DNA of 62,555 bases, the filler included, from Nemertoderma westbladi (lineage: Eukaryota > Animalia > Xenacoelomorpha), in assembly GCA_032718475.1 (NCBI GenBank). It is 3 parts of 3 records of this genome, joined end to end, with 100 filler letters (N's around TTAATTAATTAA, not from the genome) between each part and the next. Parts side by side here need not be neighbours in the genome. Positions count along the whole stretch, not along the records: positions 40,589 to 62,555 come from JAUCBJ010005146.1; 2 more parts are not named here. The stretch is one strand, 5' to 3'. Position 1 is the stretch's first letter. Every line of letters begins with the position of its first letter. This document shows positions 49,685-62,482 of the stretch, piece by piece. Position numbers and translations under genes: made by a program. The notes beneath the pieces were generated by a model. That model saw only the letters and a list, made by a program, of their open reading frames with translations, did no database searches and had not been told where the DNA came from.

Positions 49685-52600
49685 ATGGCTGGTATCATTC
49701 CTATTCGAAACCTAAGGCTGCTACAAGAGTTTCAATATTTTCCTGGTAATTTATATTATGAGTGGGTCGATGATACGGATGATGCAAACTCCAGTTCAAT
49801 AGAATTATTCTGGCAACCCAATAATTCAAACTATGTTGAAAATATATCTATAAGTGATGATGGAGATATCCAAAGACAACGAATAGCATTTGAGGCATAC
49901 TTTGCAACCAGTGAATCCATTAATTTATTTTCTGTACATAATGGACGAATGTATATTGTGTCACATTTACGAATAATGTGTCTTCATTTTAGTAATGATA
50001 TACGAGGTTCAGTGGAAACTAATAGCTTGTGGGAATTATCATCTGCGGATATATATGAAAATACCTTAACGAATTTATCCGCTTTTAATATTACTATTGA
50101 TGATGCAAGATATAACGGAAATTCAATTTACTTACTTTGTAATTCCAGGTATATAATGCGATTTGAAGATAATGAATGTTTACCCCCCACCATAGTTTCT
50201 TTTACTGATTGTTACCAATTTGGCTGGCACATTAAAGGAACAGATGCTACAGTATTGGCGTTTTGTATTCCGCAGTCTCACAACAGTTATATCATTTTCA
50301 CATCAGACAACCAATTGCTTAAGGTTTATGAAACCCCGAAGCTCCCTATTTTAACTGAGAAATCAATAAATGGATTTGATGGCCGTGAGACACTTCTTAG
50401 TGCTGAACACAAATTGCTTGGAGATCTAAAGAAACATAGTAATGAAAACAGTATTGTGAAACTGTTCTCCACATTTACTGGAATTGTAATACAGGAACTG
50501 AAGATAAACTCTTCCTCGCAATCAGAATCTCTATCAACATACTTTGTAATGAAACTTTCGTCATCTAGTAATGAACTCAATAATGGAACTGACAATGACC
50601 TCGTTAATGGGAGTGCAGAAGTCCAATGGTTGAATGAAGATAACCAGCTTATTACAGCGGTAAACAAAGACGGCCCTTTATTATTTATATCTGAAAGTGA
50701 AGTGAGTATGATTGTAGATGATATTGTACCCAATTGGAACTTTTTTAATCTATTTGTTTTTTCTGGCCTAGATTTCGTTTTGGCAGTATTTCCTAAACAT
50801 TGTGGTAAACTTCATTCATCTAAAATTTGTCTGGAATTGCTCATTAAACATCATTATATTGGTGGAATTGAATTATTTTGTTCTAAATTGCTTGATGAAT
50901 GCAACTCTACCGCCGATTATAAGGATTTGCATATATATGAAACTGTTAAAATGCTTATGTGTTCTATTACTAATGACGAGAACCAAATACCCTGCGAGAA
51001 TGATTACAAAAAGACACTTGTTAATATTGTTATTAATTTTATATCATCCCTTTTAGACACCATTTATTTGAAACAATTGCAAGAACTAATTGATATTAAA
51101 TATTTGATTGACCAAATACGCTCTGTGCGTTCGATACAGGAAGATTTGTTTCCTTGCCGCCCAAAACTACAGCTGAAGTTGTTTCACAGTGAGAAGCAAG
51201 CTTCCATTCCTGACCATTTGGCCAATCACTGGGGCCCAATGTCCACTCAGGATATACTGGTAGATGGAATCAATAAAGGTTTAGTCCCACTATCTCAAGC
51301 ATATCTTATGGAAAATAGACCTCGACTACCTATTGCATTCCGGGACCTCATTAATGCTGGCTTTGAATGTGTTCATCGGTACTTAGAGAAAAAAGATCTC
51401 CGTTCTGCCTGCAGATTACTAATTAATATGGGATTTTCCGCAGTGAAAAAACTTAAAGAAATATGTTTTTCTTCTGTAAACATATCGTTAAGAGACTTCC
51501 TCATTAATCAGTTAAGGGAGACTTCTCAGCTGACTGAAGCAGAAGCTTCAGCTGTTAATTACATTAATCAAGTCGAATCACTTATGCTTATTGAAAGTGG
51601 TGATGATGATTTGGATGGTTATCATTTTCTGAAAGATTTCAATTTAACTGTTTCTTGGGTTTTAGGTGCTTCTGATGAAGATAAAACTCATATTCTTATT
51701 GATGCACATTGCACTAAAGGCATCCCTGTATCTAAATTTGAATTTATGTTTAATATCAGTTACTCCTGGTCATATTTCTGCAAGAACAATATGGATTATG
51801 AGTTGTGCTACTTTGTTAATGAACAGAGAGTGGACTCGAAATATGTGGAGCTATTAGAAGAATGTAATGATATGTGCCGGAATAAAGTTCTTGATGCTTT
51901 TGCGAAACATGATATGTTTAGCAGTTTAGAATCAAACAGTTTTGATCTTCTCTTAACCCGCCTGGAACGTATTGATTCAGTGTTTTCTAAACGTTCAGAT
52001 CATCTCTGCATTATTATGGGAAATATTGGATTTGACAATCAATTTGTTAAAATGTGTATAAAGAATCAGGACAAAGAAGTATTGTGGAAGTATGTAACAT
52101 GCTTTCCAGTATCTCTGATGGATGTGGATTCCATGGGAAATAACCCATGGTGTGAGGAATTCGTAGCAGCTTATAGATTATGCCATGCTGATTACAATGA
52201 TAAATCTGAGTTAAATAAGCTTATGTTCAACTTTTCATTAGCACAAGCTGTAAGCAGCTTGGGAATTCCTAATGCTTCACTTTCTGATATGCTTTTGACT
52301 GGGCATCCACTCATGGCCTTAGGAACTATGTGCTTCATGGCAGTAGATTTACAGGAAGCAATATCTGCTAAAGGATCACGGTACTATTTGAACGAGGAGC
52401 TACTAAAAAGGGCCACAATGCCCTATTCTAAACTGCATTCTACAATATTTCCTCGCAATGACGCCCACTTACAAGGGAAAAATGATGTTACTGTATATGA
52501 CCTACTGAAAGACAATAATGTGTTTGATGTGAGTAGGTTGTTCTGGTGGCAGCCAAATAATAATTATCGCAATGAATTGAATTCCATTCAGAGTATTCCA

Positions 52601-55600
52601 CACTTCGATAGTCCGAATTTGAATAAACAATTCGGATGCAACATTATGTTGACTTTTGTTTATTATCTTATAGAAGGACGGCCTGTTTGCGCTTTCCAGG
52701 CTTTCTTAAGTCAAGTACAGGGCCAATCGGATAAGTACATTTCTCAGTCAATTGTCGAGGCTTCTAAGAAATCCTATGTTATTGCTGTAGAGCATTTTGA
52801 CAATAATGTTGTTGTCAGTTCTACCATCATGTTTATGCATTTGCTAGAGAGTGAACCATATAATATAAACATGTTAAAAACTGACATTTCAGCACTTCGT
52901 AAAATTAAATGGTATAGTTTAAGTTCCAATGGTTCAAGGGTAAATGAATTTCCATTGGGTTTAATTCGGGAAGATTTAGATGCATTGAAAAATATTAAGC
53001 TAGCTTTAGAATTGGCCATCCCATATTCCAACAATCAAACAAAAATAGCTCCTATGTCCTTTGAAGCTATATTATCTTGGGAACTTTGCATTACGTTTTG
53101 TTTTATTCATGGATTAAGTCCCCCTATGGGCTTTTTGAGAATGGCATTACAATGTGGATGTTATCTCGAATTTCTTATATTTGCTTCAATATATAAGTAT
53201 GATCCCTCACTGTTAACTCAGATGAGAATATATCGGGGAGGATTTTTAGAGCATTTGAGGTTTGCACTTGATAATGATAAAATCAAAGAGGCAAGTGTAA
53301 AGGTATTGACTGAAAGTGCTTCTCCCACTTTGAGGAAATATTCACCAGAAAACAATTCAACGAAAATTAGAGGACGATTCTTTGCCAAGGTTGGGGTTAA
53401 AAAGGATACGAACAGTGACAGAGATGGTGATATGCAGATTGCCACTCAGGATTTAGTTGTTACTCCTGAATTTTTGGATACATTTCCTGATGATCTTTTT
53501 CAAATCCTTCTTCGATTACGCAACATTAACAAACCTTGGGTTGTACTACTTCATCTTTCACAAAAACGTTTCCAGCCTTTCTTAGCAATTGTAGCAGCAT
53601 GCTTTCAGGGGTGTTCTGAAATCCATGCATTTACCGTGTTTCTATTAGCTACCATTGGTCACCCCCCATTCTATAGTGACGTTATAGAATATTCATTTAC
53701 TGATGCCACTGCTGCTATGCACCTAGCTATTAAGGACCTAAAATTTAATGGATTGCTTTGCGCTGTTAGTGTGTTCATGCCCCATTCACACTTGCTACAT
53801 CTGGTCAATGCATTTAAATACACATACAAGCTAAATATAGATCTAACATATCGTTACTTTCAGGATTTTGCTGGTGATTATATAATACTTCAGTCGAACA
53901 AATCAACTCCCTTACACCTACAACCTTATTGGGATCTGCAATGGCTAAACCGCTTCCTTTTACAAGGACTTTCCAGTATTCTAAACGCATTGAAGTCAAA
54001 ACATTCCGCTGAGAGGATTCTAAAATGTATTATTGATTGCCATATTCCCGAACTAACTTCACTGGTTATATTTCGCAAACTATATTTGATTACAAAAGCT
54101 ATTGCCACAACACGTATTGATTTAAATTATGGGAATTTATTGAATCCAGATCTGTTTAACAAAACATACAATGAATTAATGGATTCTATATTATCACAAG
54201 GTTTATATACCCAAGCGAAGACTGTTGCTAATGTTATGGATTTCAGTATTGAAGTGATTGTTGTAGCGGAATTGCAGAATGAATTCAAATTGTTGACATC
54301 ATCAGCAATGCTTGAAGATTATGAAATGCGTTGTGACTTTTGGAAGAAGTGCGAAACTTATTTGCTTTCAAATTCTTGCTCTTCAAAGTGCATCGCTGAA
54401 TTTTTCTATGAAGTTATAAATTCCTGTAGTCTCCTCAGTGTAGGAGAGAAGGCACTCCTTGCCAGCAAGGCTTTCTACTTTTTATGCTATAGTTCTCCTA
54501 CTACAGAGGAACTCTTGACTCGACAAAAATTAAGTTGGGATCTTATAGTGGAGAGCAGGGCAGAGCTCAGTGATGAGTTTATAAATAATATGTGCATTGT
54601 TTATAAAATTTGTCCAACAAATAACTTAAATGATACTGAACCAGCGAAATGTGATGAGAAAAATGGCAAAATTTATCAAAATTTGATAGGTAAAGTCTTG
54701 AATAAAGGTTTAATTAGTTGTGCCCAAACGATCTGCCATTTATTCAACTATAGATCAATTGATCTATTAATAATTCAAGCTTGTAATTCATTAGCCAATG
54801 GTCAAATTAAAGTTGCAGAGCTCCCAGAAGAATTAAAAACCATTATATCCAATCCATTTGAAGGGAAATCAATGTTAAATGAATATTTAGCACGGTCCAG
54901 GTTTCATAGGCGAAGTAGTACAGGAGGTTCTGTTGGCTCTGGAGAGTTTGATATATTATTAGAATGTGGTGATCAAGTAGAGAACGCGATTGAAGCCTTG
55001 TCTAACCATTGCAGACACGGTAAACGTTATTGCTTAAAGTTGCTCGCTTTGTATCGTATTTCCACTGTGTTACATTATACCTTTGATTGGTTGATGGAAC
55101 AAGGATCTCTCCAGGTAATTGAGTCTCTGATCAATTCGGATGATCACCTTGATGACTTTGCCTTATGCACCTCATTCATAGCGACTTTGGATGAGATTCT
55201 TGATAACGAGATTTCTGACATTCTAGTCTCTCATGTCGTTGAGAAATTGGTTGGGAAGATTTTGCTTCACAGAGAAGGCCGCGCTATTGGGAGTAACTTA
55301 GGAAACACAGATCGCGAATTCCTAACTCTTACAAAGTTGGTTAGTGATCCCTGTATATTAGGTGATAAATTAATTGGGCATCTTCCGTTAGTTCATGTGA
55401 AGTTAACAGAGGAGAGTGAATTGCTTACTGCATCCACAGAACTGCTTATATTCGCGCATTTCTGCTACTCTGCTCGATGTAACATCAAAGGCATATCTAG
55501 TGTACTGAAGCTAGTGCGGAGATTCACTACTGAGATATTAGCTTTGGAGATATATACTCTACTGGTGCGTCTGCTGAAAGGTATCGGTAGATACAACGAA

Positions 55601-56431
55601 ACTTCCTTTATTCTCGATATCTTATGGAAAGATAACCAGTTTGATATTCTCCTCTCTTCAGACGATCTCGCAGAGAATGTTGACTTTAAGATAGCGTTGC
55701 TACGCTACCTCCAACACAATCACCCCAGTGACATTAAGACTTACAGTCGTGTCTGTTTGCACTACCAAATGAACAGAGACGTTGCTGTAATGCTACAGGA
55801 CCGGTGCACAATCCTACTGGATCGAGTGACAGACGTATCCATGGAGGATTCACCAGAAGTGAAACACACTCTAACCGATCTGCTGCGAGCGTATACGGAA
55901 GCTGGCCAGTTCTACACAAAGAGTCAATGTCCTAAACACGCGGAGCGCTGTTTGCACATGGCTCGCCTCATTGTGCTACAGATGTTAGTACTGCAGTCCC
56001 GCACACGAGTTGTTGGGCTGTCTGCCAGTGACGCAAAAGTCTTTATCGACCAACACAACAAGTTTCGAGAGGCCTACATTGTCAGTAAGGCCTATTATAC
56101 AGCATACAATTGGAGTCAATGCATCTACCGGAATGTTATAGTTCAGGGAGACTTTAAGTACTTGGTTGATTTTATGTCGATTATTTCCTTGGATTTTAAT
56201 CTTCTCGAAGAGGTTGCTATGAGATACACACGATCCACAACTAATAAATCCAGCAGTTCCTACAACGTCAATAGTCATCAACTATCTAGTAATATGCAAA
56301 AACTAATCGACAAGTGTCCAGATGTTTCAGTGCAGTTTAAAATCGCCAAACTTTGCCGTTTACAAGAAAAGACTGATTCTATATTGAAATCGAAACATGG
56401 TCCAATGATACGGGATTTCTTCCAAATATAA
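49685..56431 (+). CDS. SPG11: Spatacsin, 2248 aa, encoded as one uninterrupted ORF
   Basis: Size and C-terminal spatacsin motifs ELLIFAHFCY..CNIKGI, LLVRLLKGIGRYNE..FILDIL...QFDILL, ALLRYL. Mid-region YYLIEGRP and FDVSRLF.WQ. AATAAA at 56456-56461. Confidence 0.9.
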   Translation: MAGIIPIRNLRLLQEFQYFPGNLYYEWVDDTDDANSSSIELFWQPNNSNYVENISISDDGDIQRQRIAFEAYFATSESINLFSVHNGRMYIVSHLRIMCLHFSNDIRGSVETNSLWELSSADIYENTLTNLSAFNITIDDARYNGNSIYLLCNSRYIMRFEDNECLPPTIVSFTDCYQFGWHIKGTDATVLAFCIPQSHNSYIIFTSDNQLLKVYETPKLPILTEKSINGFDGRETLLSAEHKLLGDLKKHSNENSIVKLFSTFTGIVIQELKINSSSQSESLSTYFVMKLSSSSNELNNGTDNDLVNGSAEVQWLNEDNQLITAVNKDGPLLFISESEVSMIVDDIVPNWNFFNLFVFSGLDFVLAVFPKHCGKLHSSKICLELLIKHHYIGGIELFCSKLLDECNSTADYKDLHIYETVKMLMCSITNDENQIPCENDYKKTLVNIVINFISSLLDTIYLKQLQELIDIKYLIDQIRSVRSIQEDLFPCRPKLQLKLFHSEKQASIPDHLANHWGPMSTQDILVDGINKGLVPLSQAYLMENRPRLPIAFRDLINAGFECVHRYLEKKDLRSACRLLINMGFSAVKKLKEICFSSVNISLRDFLINQLRETSQLTEAEASAVNYINQVESLMLIESGDDDLDGYHFLKDFNLTVSWVLGASDEDKTHILIDAHCTKGIPVSKFEFMFNISYSWSYFCKNNMDYELCYFVNEQRVDSKYVELLEECNDMCRNKVLDAFAKHDMFSSLESNSFDLLLTRLERIDSVFSKRSDHLCIIMGNIGFDNQFVKMCIKNQDKEVLWKYVTCFPVSLMDVDSMGNNPWCEEFVAAYRLCHADYNDKSELNKLMFNFSLAQAVSSLGIPNASLSDMLLTGHPLMALGTMCFMAVDLQEAISAKGSRYYLNEELLKRATMPYSKLHSTIFPRNDAHLQGKNDVTVYDLLKDNNVFDVSRLFWWQPNNNYRNELNSIQSIPHFDSPNLNKQFGCNIMLTFVYYLIEGRPVCAFQAFLSQVQGQSDKYISQSIVEASKKSYVIAVEHFDNNVVVSSTIMFMHLLESEPYNINMLKTDISALRKIKWYSLSSNGSRVNEFPLGLIREDLDALKNIKLALELAIPYSNNQTKIAPMSFEAILSWELCITFCFIHGLSPPMGFLRMALQCGCYLEFLIFASIYKYDPSLLTQMRIYRGGFLEHLRFALDNDKIKEASVKVLTESASPTLRKYSPENNSTKIRGRFFAKVGVKKDTNSDRDGDMQIATQDLVVTPEFLDTFPDDLFQILLRLRNINKPWVVLLHLSQKRFQPFLAIVAACFQGCSEIHAFTVFLLATIGHPPFYSDVIEYSFTDATAAMHLAIKDLKFNGLLCAVSVFMPHSHLLHLVNAFKYTYKLNIDLTYRYFQDFAGDYIILQSNKSTPLHLQPYWDLQWLNRFLLQGLSSILNALKSKHSAERILKCIIDCHIPELTSLVIFRKLYLITKAIATTRIDLNYGNLLNPDLFNKTYNELMDSILSQGLYTQAKTVANVMDFSIEVIVVAELQNEFKLLTSSAMLEDYEMRCDFWKKCETYLLSNSCSSKCIAEFFYEVINSCSLLSVGEKALLASKAFYFLCYSSPTTEELLTRQKLSWDLIVESRAELSDEFINNMCIVYKICPTNNLNDTEPAKCDEKNGKIYQNLIGKVLNKGLISCAQTICHLFNYRSIDLLIIQACNSLANGQIKVAELPEELKTIISNPFEGKSMLNEYLARSRFHRRSSTGGSVGSGEFDILLECGDQVENAIEALSNHCRHGKRYCLKLLALYRISTVLHYTFDWLMEQGSLQVIESLINSDDHLDDFALCTSFIATLDEILDNEISDILVSHVVEKLVGKILLHREGRAIGSNLGNTDREFLTLTKLVSDPCILGDKLIGHLPLVHVKLTEESELLTASTELLIFAHFCYSARCNIKGISSVLKLVRRFTTEILALEIYTLLVRLLKGIGRYNETSFILDILWKDNQFDILLSSDDLAENVDFKIALLRYLQHNHPSDIKTYSRVCLHYQMNRDVAVMLQDRCTILLDRVTDVSMEDSPEVKHTLTDLLRAYTEAGQFYTKSQCPKHAERCLHMARLIVLQMLVLQSRTRVVGLSASDAKVFIDQHNKFREAYIVSKAYYTAYNWSQCIYRNVIVQGDFKYLVDFMSIISLDFNLLEEVAMRYTRSTTNKSSSSYNVNSHQLSSNMQKLIDKCPDVSVQFKIAKLCRLQEKTDSILKSKHGPMIRDFFQI

Positions 56432-56508
56432 ATATTCCGTGATTCTCCGATAAACAATAAATGAGTCGAGTTATAAATTATTGCATTACAGACTAACAAC
56501 AATTTTAA

Positions 56509-58024
56509 GGGGGGGGGGGGGGGGGGGGGGGGGGGTATGTAATTCCGCAAAAAAACCGATTTTTCATTTCCAATCCTCTAGAGCAGATTTTTATGAGGAT
56601 TTCAAAACTTTTAACTGTTTGTTATTAGCTAATGTAGTTCAAAAGTTATCATTGATCATGTTAACCATACTCTGTTTAAATGTGTAGACTGTCGGTCCTT
56701 GTGCCTGTATATCTGATGGTATGTCTGTCAAAATATAAAGAAAGCATACCACCTAGCTAAATGTTTATGTCTGTCTGTTTGTCCGACAACCTGTCTGTCA
56801 AAATATTAGCACTGTATATCACCTAGCCAAATATTTTGCTATGGGGTTTTCCTGGATGCTGATTTCATTTTCGATGTCACTTTTCACTTATATTGAAAAC
56901 TATTATGTCTGCCTATCGGTCTGTCTGTCCAGTAACCTCTCTGTCAAAATATAAGGACAGCATGCCACCTAGCCAAATATTTTGCCATGGGGTTTTCCTG
57001 GAAGCTGATTTCATTTTTGATATCAGTTTTCACTTTTATCGAAAACTATTATGTCTGTCTGTCGTTCCCTCAACCTGTCTGTCAAAACAGACAGACAGAC
57101 CGGCAGACAAACGTGCAGACAGAAAACATTTCATTAAAAGTGAAAATATGCATCGGAAATGAAATCAGCGACCTGGAAAATCCCCGTAGGAAATATTTTG
57201 CTTACTTTGGGAAGCTTTGTATTATTATTATTGTATGTCATTATATTTTAACAGACAAACCCTTGGACAGACAACACGACTGAGAGACAGACAGACGGAC
57301 CGATTAGGCTTAGTCATACATTTAAAGTGACCTCAGAAATGAAATCAGCGACTTTGAAAACCCCCCTAGCGAAAATTGTATCTAGTTGGTGAGCTTTTTA
57401 ATAATTTGACTGACAAGAGAAAAATGAGTTAGTGTTAGAAATATGTTTATAAACTTTAAACCTATTTTTCTCAAAACAACAATTCTCAAATGAAAAACGT
57501 TATGACTTCATAAAAAATGAGGCCACTGATCCAGGGTTGTTTTTTTTTCAGTGACTGATCTGATTTTTTGCACAATCAATCCATATCATATACTTAACAA
57601 TTGGTACAGACAGAATTTTGAAACCTAAATTAAAACTCGTTATTTTTGAAATATTTCACCATATTATTACCTATTTCTGCACATTTTCTATTTTTCTTGG
57701 AGCTAAAATTGTGCGTTTTGGTGCTTTTTGAACTTCCCGAACAGATATCAAAATTCTGTCTGTACAACTTGTTTAGAGCATTACACTGACTGTCTCTGTG
57801 AAATTTTGACAAATTCTGGTAATTTTGAAAAAAGTTTTAGCACTTTTTTTACTTTTTGTAATTTTCATGAAATTTTCATGAAAAATGTTGAAATTAAAAA
57901 ATTTTTTTTACAAATTATGACCCTTTCTACTCATCCTGTTAAAATTTATTGATAATTAAACTTTTAATTGATATCGACTTCACATTTCAAAAATTTGTGG
58001 TCAATTACATACTGCACTTCCCCC
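56509..58024. mobile_element. Non-autonomous Kolobok-like element (TTAA TSD)
   Basis: ttaa|ggggg...gtatgtaatt and aattacatactgcacttccccc|ttaa. Internal ~146-bp direct repeat (56700-57090), inverted copies (57130-57370) and (GTCT)n/(AGAC)n tracts. Confidence 0.7.
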
Positions 58025-58719
58025 TTAAGTTATTTGAATCAATTTATTGCTTTAATATCTATGCAAGATATGTCAGAAGGAGTGTAAAGTTTTTATATTA
58101 AACAGAGATTGTCGAATAGTTAAATTATAATCGTTTTAATTATTATGTGTCAAGATTAATTTCAGCTGTATTTTTGTCTCTATTTAAATTTGGCCAAATA
58201 GCACTGGTTGAAGTTGAATTTTAGATCAATAATTGTATCGATTTTTAATTAAATCGTGAAAAGACTTAGGAAAGTGATGGACGTAGAAAGAGTTTTAATC
58301 AGAATTAATATTAAATTTACGAGTTACGCTACGCATTACTTCAGCATCATTGACATTGTCGTCTTTGTCGGCCCATCTTTTGTAATTTATTTAATTTATT
58401 TAAATTAAACTTCAATATACTGTTGTGTATCTGTAGTACTGTATGTTTGTTAGACAACTATTTAATAAGTTAATTGTTTTTTGGTAATTTTACTAAAATA
58501 TTCTTACTTTATTTAATGTTGGTTTATTATATAATTATGAGTATAATAACTGAATTATAATCACATGGAAGTTATTTTTATTTTATACCTTCTCAGTCAC
58601 CATAATATATCGTTGGGAACAGCGTAACGAATTCGTCAATGAGGTCCAGGGTCGAACTAGCCATGCAGTGTGCAGATCGTAGCTTGTATAACTGTTATTC
58701 CTAAATAGCAACATTTAAC

Positions 58720-58935
58720 TCACTACTTTTAATCACGTTCTCTACTTTTCTAATCACGTTCTCTACTTTTCTAACCACGTTCCCTACTTTTATTCACGCT
58801 CCATAAATTTATTCACGTTCTCTACTTTTAATCCGCTCCATATTTTTATTCATGTTCTCTACTTTTATCCACGTCTCGAATTTTAAGCGCACCACTACTT
58901 TTAAAGACGCTTTTAAATCACGCTCTCTATTTTTA
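58720..58935. repeat. Degenerate ~20-22-bp tandem repeat (CACGTTCTCTACTTTT...)
   Basis: About 10 imperfect units. Confidence 0.75.
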
Positions 58936-59944
58936 AGGTTAGTCACTAAATCGTCAACCATTACAAAATAGCTGGTGAAATTCGAAATATATTATTTACA
59001 AGCTCAATATTTTGTAGTTAATTGTAGTATATGTGAATGAAAAAAAAATAAAATTTTTTCCAATTAGGACCTAATTAGCATAAATGATGCAAAAAAATTA
59101 AAATCACTAAGGCTTCCTTAATATTAGTACAATTTATTTGAAATTTGGTACAAACATGTAGAAGAGTAATAGAAAACATTCGTACAGACAAAATTTTGAT
59201 AACTGGTTTCGTTTTCATTTTAGGTATGATTTTTCAAATTGGTGGCTCAAAATTTGTCAAAAAACAAAGTTTGGAACATATTTTGTTATAAAGCAAGTTT
59301 AAATAGAAAAATTTGAAATTTTTTCTGTAGGGTATCTGCAACACATCCTAAGGAACGATGTGCAAAAAACCAGAATATTTCAACCTCTATACACAATTCG
59401 GGGTGTAATCCGGGCTCCTTTACTAAGTGTTGCGGGAAGTGTCAACTTATGCAGGGGATTAATTAGTTCGTTAGTGGATACATACATTGTCTTTATACGC
59501 AGTTTCAGTTGGTACCAATAAAACAAGAGTTAATAATGCTTAGAACAATAAAACTGTATATTTTAATGTTACAGTAGTTGCAATATTGATAGATAAACCG
59601 TGATAAATAAACTGGTAAGAAATAGTAGCCACTTTGAGGAGTGGTACTTGCCTGGGAACTAAATAATATACCGTTAGTCCTAAAATCATTTACAACAATT
59701 ATGGTATATAAACTCAGCTTTAAATACTGGTAAACCAATAATGAATCCAATTTAAGCATTTAACCAATCACAGGGCGAGGAATCGCACTGTGCAAATAGA
59801 ACCAACAACAGAAGCTGACATTGTAGTTAACTGTTCATTATGAAGCCTAACACAGATAAAACGGTAGCCACGGTTACCGTTTACCGTTCAGTGTATAAGT
59901 AAAGGGCCATTAATGGAGTATACTGTACTGTATATCAAAATAAT

Positions 59945-60540
59945 TACATATATTTAGTATTAATTGGATAAATAAATTGTTGTATTAATAAAAATTACCA
60001 ATGAAACTTTCTATTTTTTTATATTATAATGATCAAGACATGCTTGGAGTCAAAAAACTTGTTTTCATGAATGGGATAGAGTAACAAACATCCTTTGTTA
60101 AAGGTAATAATATTTAGTATTAAATAAATAATTAAATATAATTTATATTAAAAGCCACCCATGAAACATTCTAATTTGTTATATTATATTTATCGAGACA
60201 TGATTAGAGCAAAAAAAACTTGTTTATATGAATGGGGTAACATCCTTTGTTAAAGGTAATAATATTTAGTATTAAATAAATAATTAAATAGCATTATATT
60301 AAAAGCCACCCATGACATTTTAAATTTTTTTATTTTTTGTACAATGTGACAGCAATGGAGCAAAATAAATCTGTCAATTTGTTTGGGGGAGTAAGTGATG
60401 AAATTTAGTAATATGATTAGTATTAAATAATTACTTAAATAGTATTAATTTAAAAAGCCACCCATGAAATATTTTAATTTTTGTCAATTTTTACATTAGG
60501 GGACCAACTAAGCTCAAAAAACTTATTTTCATGAATGGGG
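59945..60540. repeat. ~150-160-bp AT-rich tandem repeat x4
   Basis: Recurring tatttagtattaaataaat...aaaagccacccatga...aaaaacttgttttcatgaatggg. Confidence 0.8.
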
Positions 60541-62084
60541 TCCAACCTTTGCCAAAAACCAAGTTAAGCCCCACTGTGGTCCCATATATCGATCACTTCC
60601 AATCCGACTACGAAGAAATTATTCAAGAGTATTTTCATTGAGGCGCACATACAATTCAAGTTGTCCCTCCCATTTTTTCTTGGACAGGACGAGACGCACA
60701 ACACATTCGACTCCCGTTGCCTGGATGTGGATTGTTCGCATCTAGGCAATCCTGATGCTGATGCACTTCTTTTCATATTGACTTGGGCGTAAGCTAAGAT
60801 CAAATCTTTGACGTTGACAATCTGGAGTTACAATTATATTGATTACAAGAACATCTGTACTAAATCGTTAAGCAGTAAAAGTACCGGTAGGCCCATTCGA
60901 CTATTATGTAGTGTTCTAGAATGTAAGTTATTGTAGCCATAGGAGCTCTCAGTCCAGTCCGTGGGAAAAGACCGTTTAGGGTTCGCTACAGTATACAGTA
61001 TCTATGGATTCTACATAGTTTTTTTTAATGATAAGTGACTAAATGTCGCAGCATAGCGGAAGTAATGCATCAACAAAATACTTGCCTATAGTACATGTAC
61101 ATACAATATGACATACACCTTGCAATAACCGCACACTACAGGCGGGAGTTTAACGCGAGCTTAAAGAAACACAACTACATAGAGTATGTGGGAGATTCCA
61201 GTGTGAAGTGTCTCGCCTGCGCCCCTTTCATTTACGGCGAGATCGTAGGAGACATTCCTGTCAAATGTTTCACCCTGGAGCCCCTGAGAGCGACAGATCA
61301 ATGGAGCTTGCTTTCTAACAACGGGAAAAGGGGTAACGACGATTATAAGAAAGATATCGGCGGTGTACCTACTATTCGGAAACGGGGATCCATCGATTTT
61401 TTAAGTAAAAAAATATGCAATGGTCGGTGTAAAAAGGTAGTTGAAATTTTACTGTAGTTTGAAATTTTTTGTCAGTCTGGTAAAGAGAATCATTGTACTG
61501 TAATGCTATGTACTGTAATGTAATGCTATATGAAACAAAATCAACCTGTAATAGGAAGGGTGGTAATTTTAACCTGGTTCCTGGTTGTGCCCCAGAGTGC
61601 CTTACATAACTACTACAGTTAGCCTTCTACTGGCCTACAGACACTTTGATACAAACGATGGACACCGTTTTATCACCAATGAGCCACCAGCGTACCTATA
61701 CCTGGCGGGAACACGTTAGGCGTACGTTGCTAGTGTACCCTACTTGTGTACCTGCTCTCGTAATGGCGTGCTCGTGTCTTATTTGTGTACTTGTATCTTG
61801 TACTTGTACCTTGTGCTCCCGTAGGAATATGAAGGGGTACCGCGGGTTCTGCCGGAACCAAAACAATACTGTTCTAAAATTTTATTTGGCGCCCAGCGTG
61901 TCACTACTTCTACCCTCAATCACAGGTCTTACACTTGGGTAGCAAGGCATCAAACGCTGTCTAACCTTTTGGCGGTGGGCGAAGAATTACGAACCGAGAT
62001 ATGTGGGTGGTCTCCTCTACATTCCGCCGATGTTCCTGTCTATTGCCGCGGTCCGACTTTAGCCTGCCATCTGTCCCCTTTATT

Positions 62085-62471
62085 TGTGTTCACCGTGGTG
62101 AAGCATATTAAAAGACAGATTTAAGAATAGTTCTAACTTTATTTACAAGTAAAGCAATATTAAGTTCTAATATTACAAACAACTAAAACTTGATTGATTG
62201 AGAGAGAGATTGATTTATAGAGATATAGATTTATAATAATATTGATAACTAATAATGAACAAACGCACCTTTATATAGCAAATCAGTGCTTCCAAACAAT
62301 CTAGATGGTTCTATATGTTCTACTACGTTTTAAAGATAATCATTGGTCCAGCTAATCTGTAACTCACACGACATTGGTTACTGACAATAACTGCAATCAG
62401 ATTGATCCAGATACTTTGAACAGATACAAATTAATCGTAGCGGTTAATTTAAATAAGTTGAAATTATTACA
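62085..62471 (-). mobile_element. Possible solo LTR
   Basis: The minus strand reads TGT...ACA with two CCAAT boxes, TATATAAA and AATAAA in LTR-like order. No TSD found. Confidence 0.3.
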
Positions 62472-62482
62472 AAAAATAATTT

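Noticed and set aside
60564-61457. 79-aa and 120-aa ORFs
   Set aside because: No recognisable domain or gene structure.
61887-61900. TGGCGCCCAGCGTG, resembling a tRNA-Lys primer-binding site
   Set aside because: No convincing LTR end upstream and no gag frame downstream.
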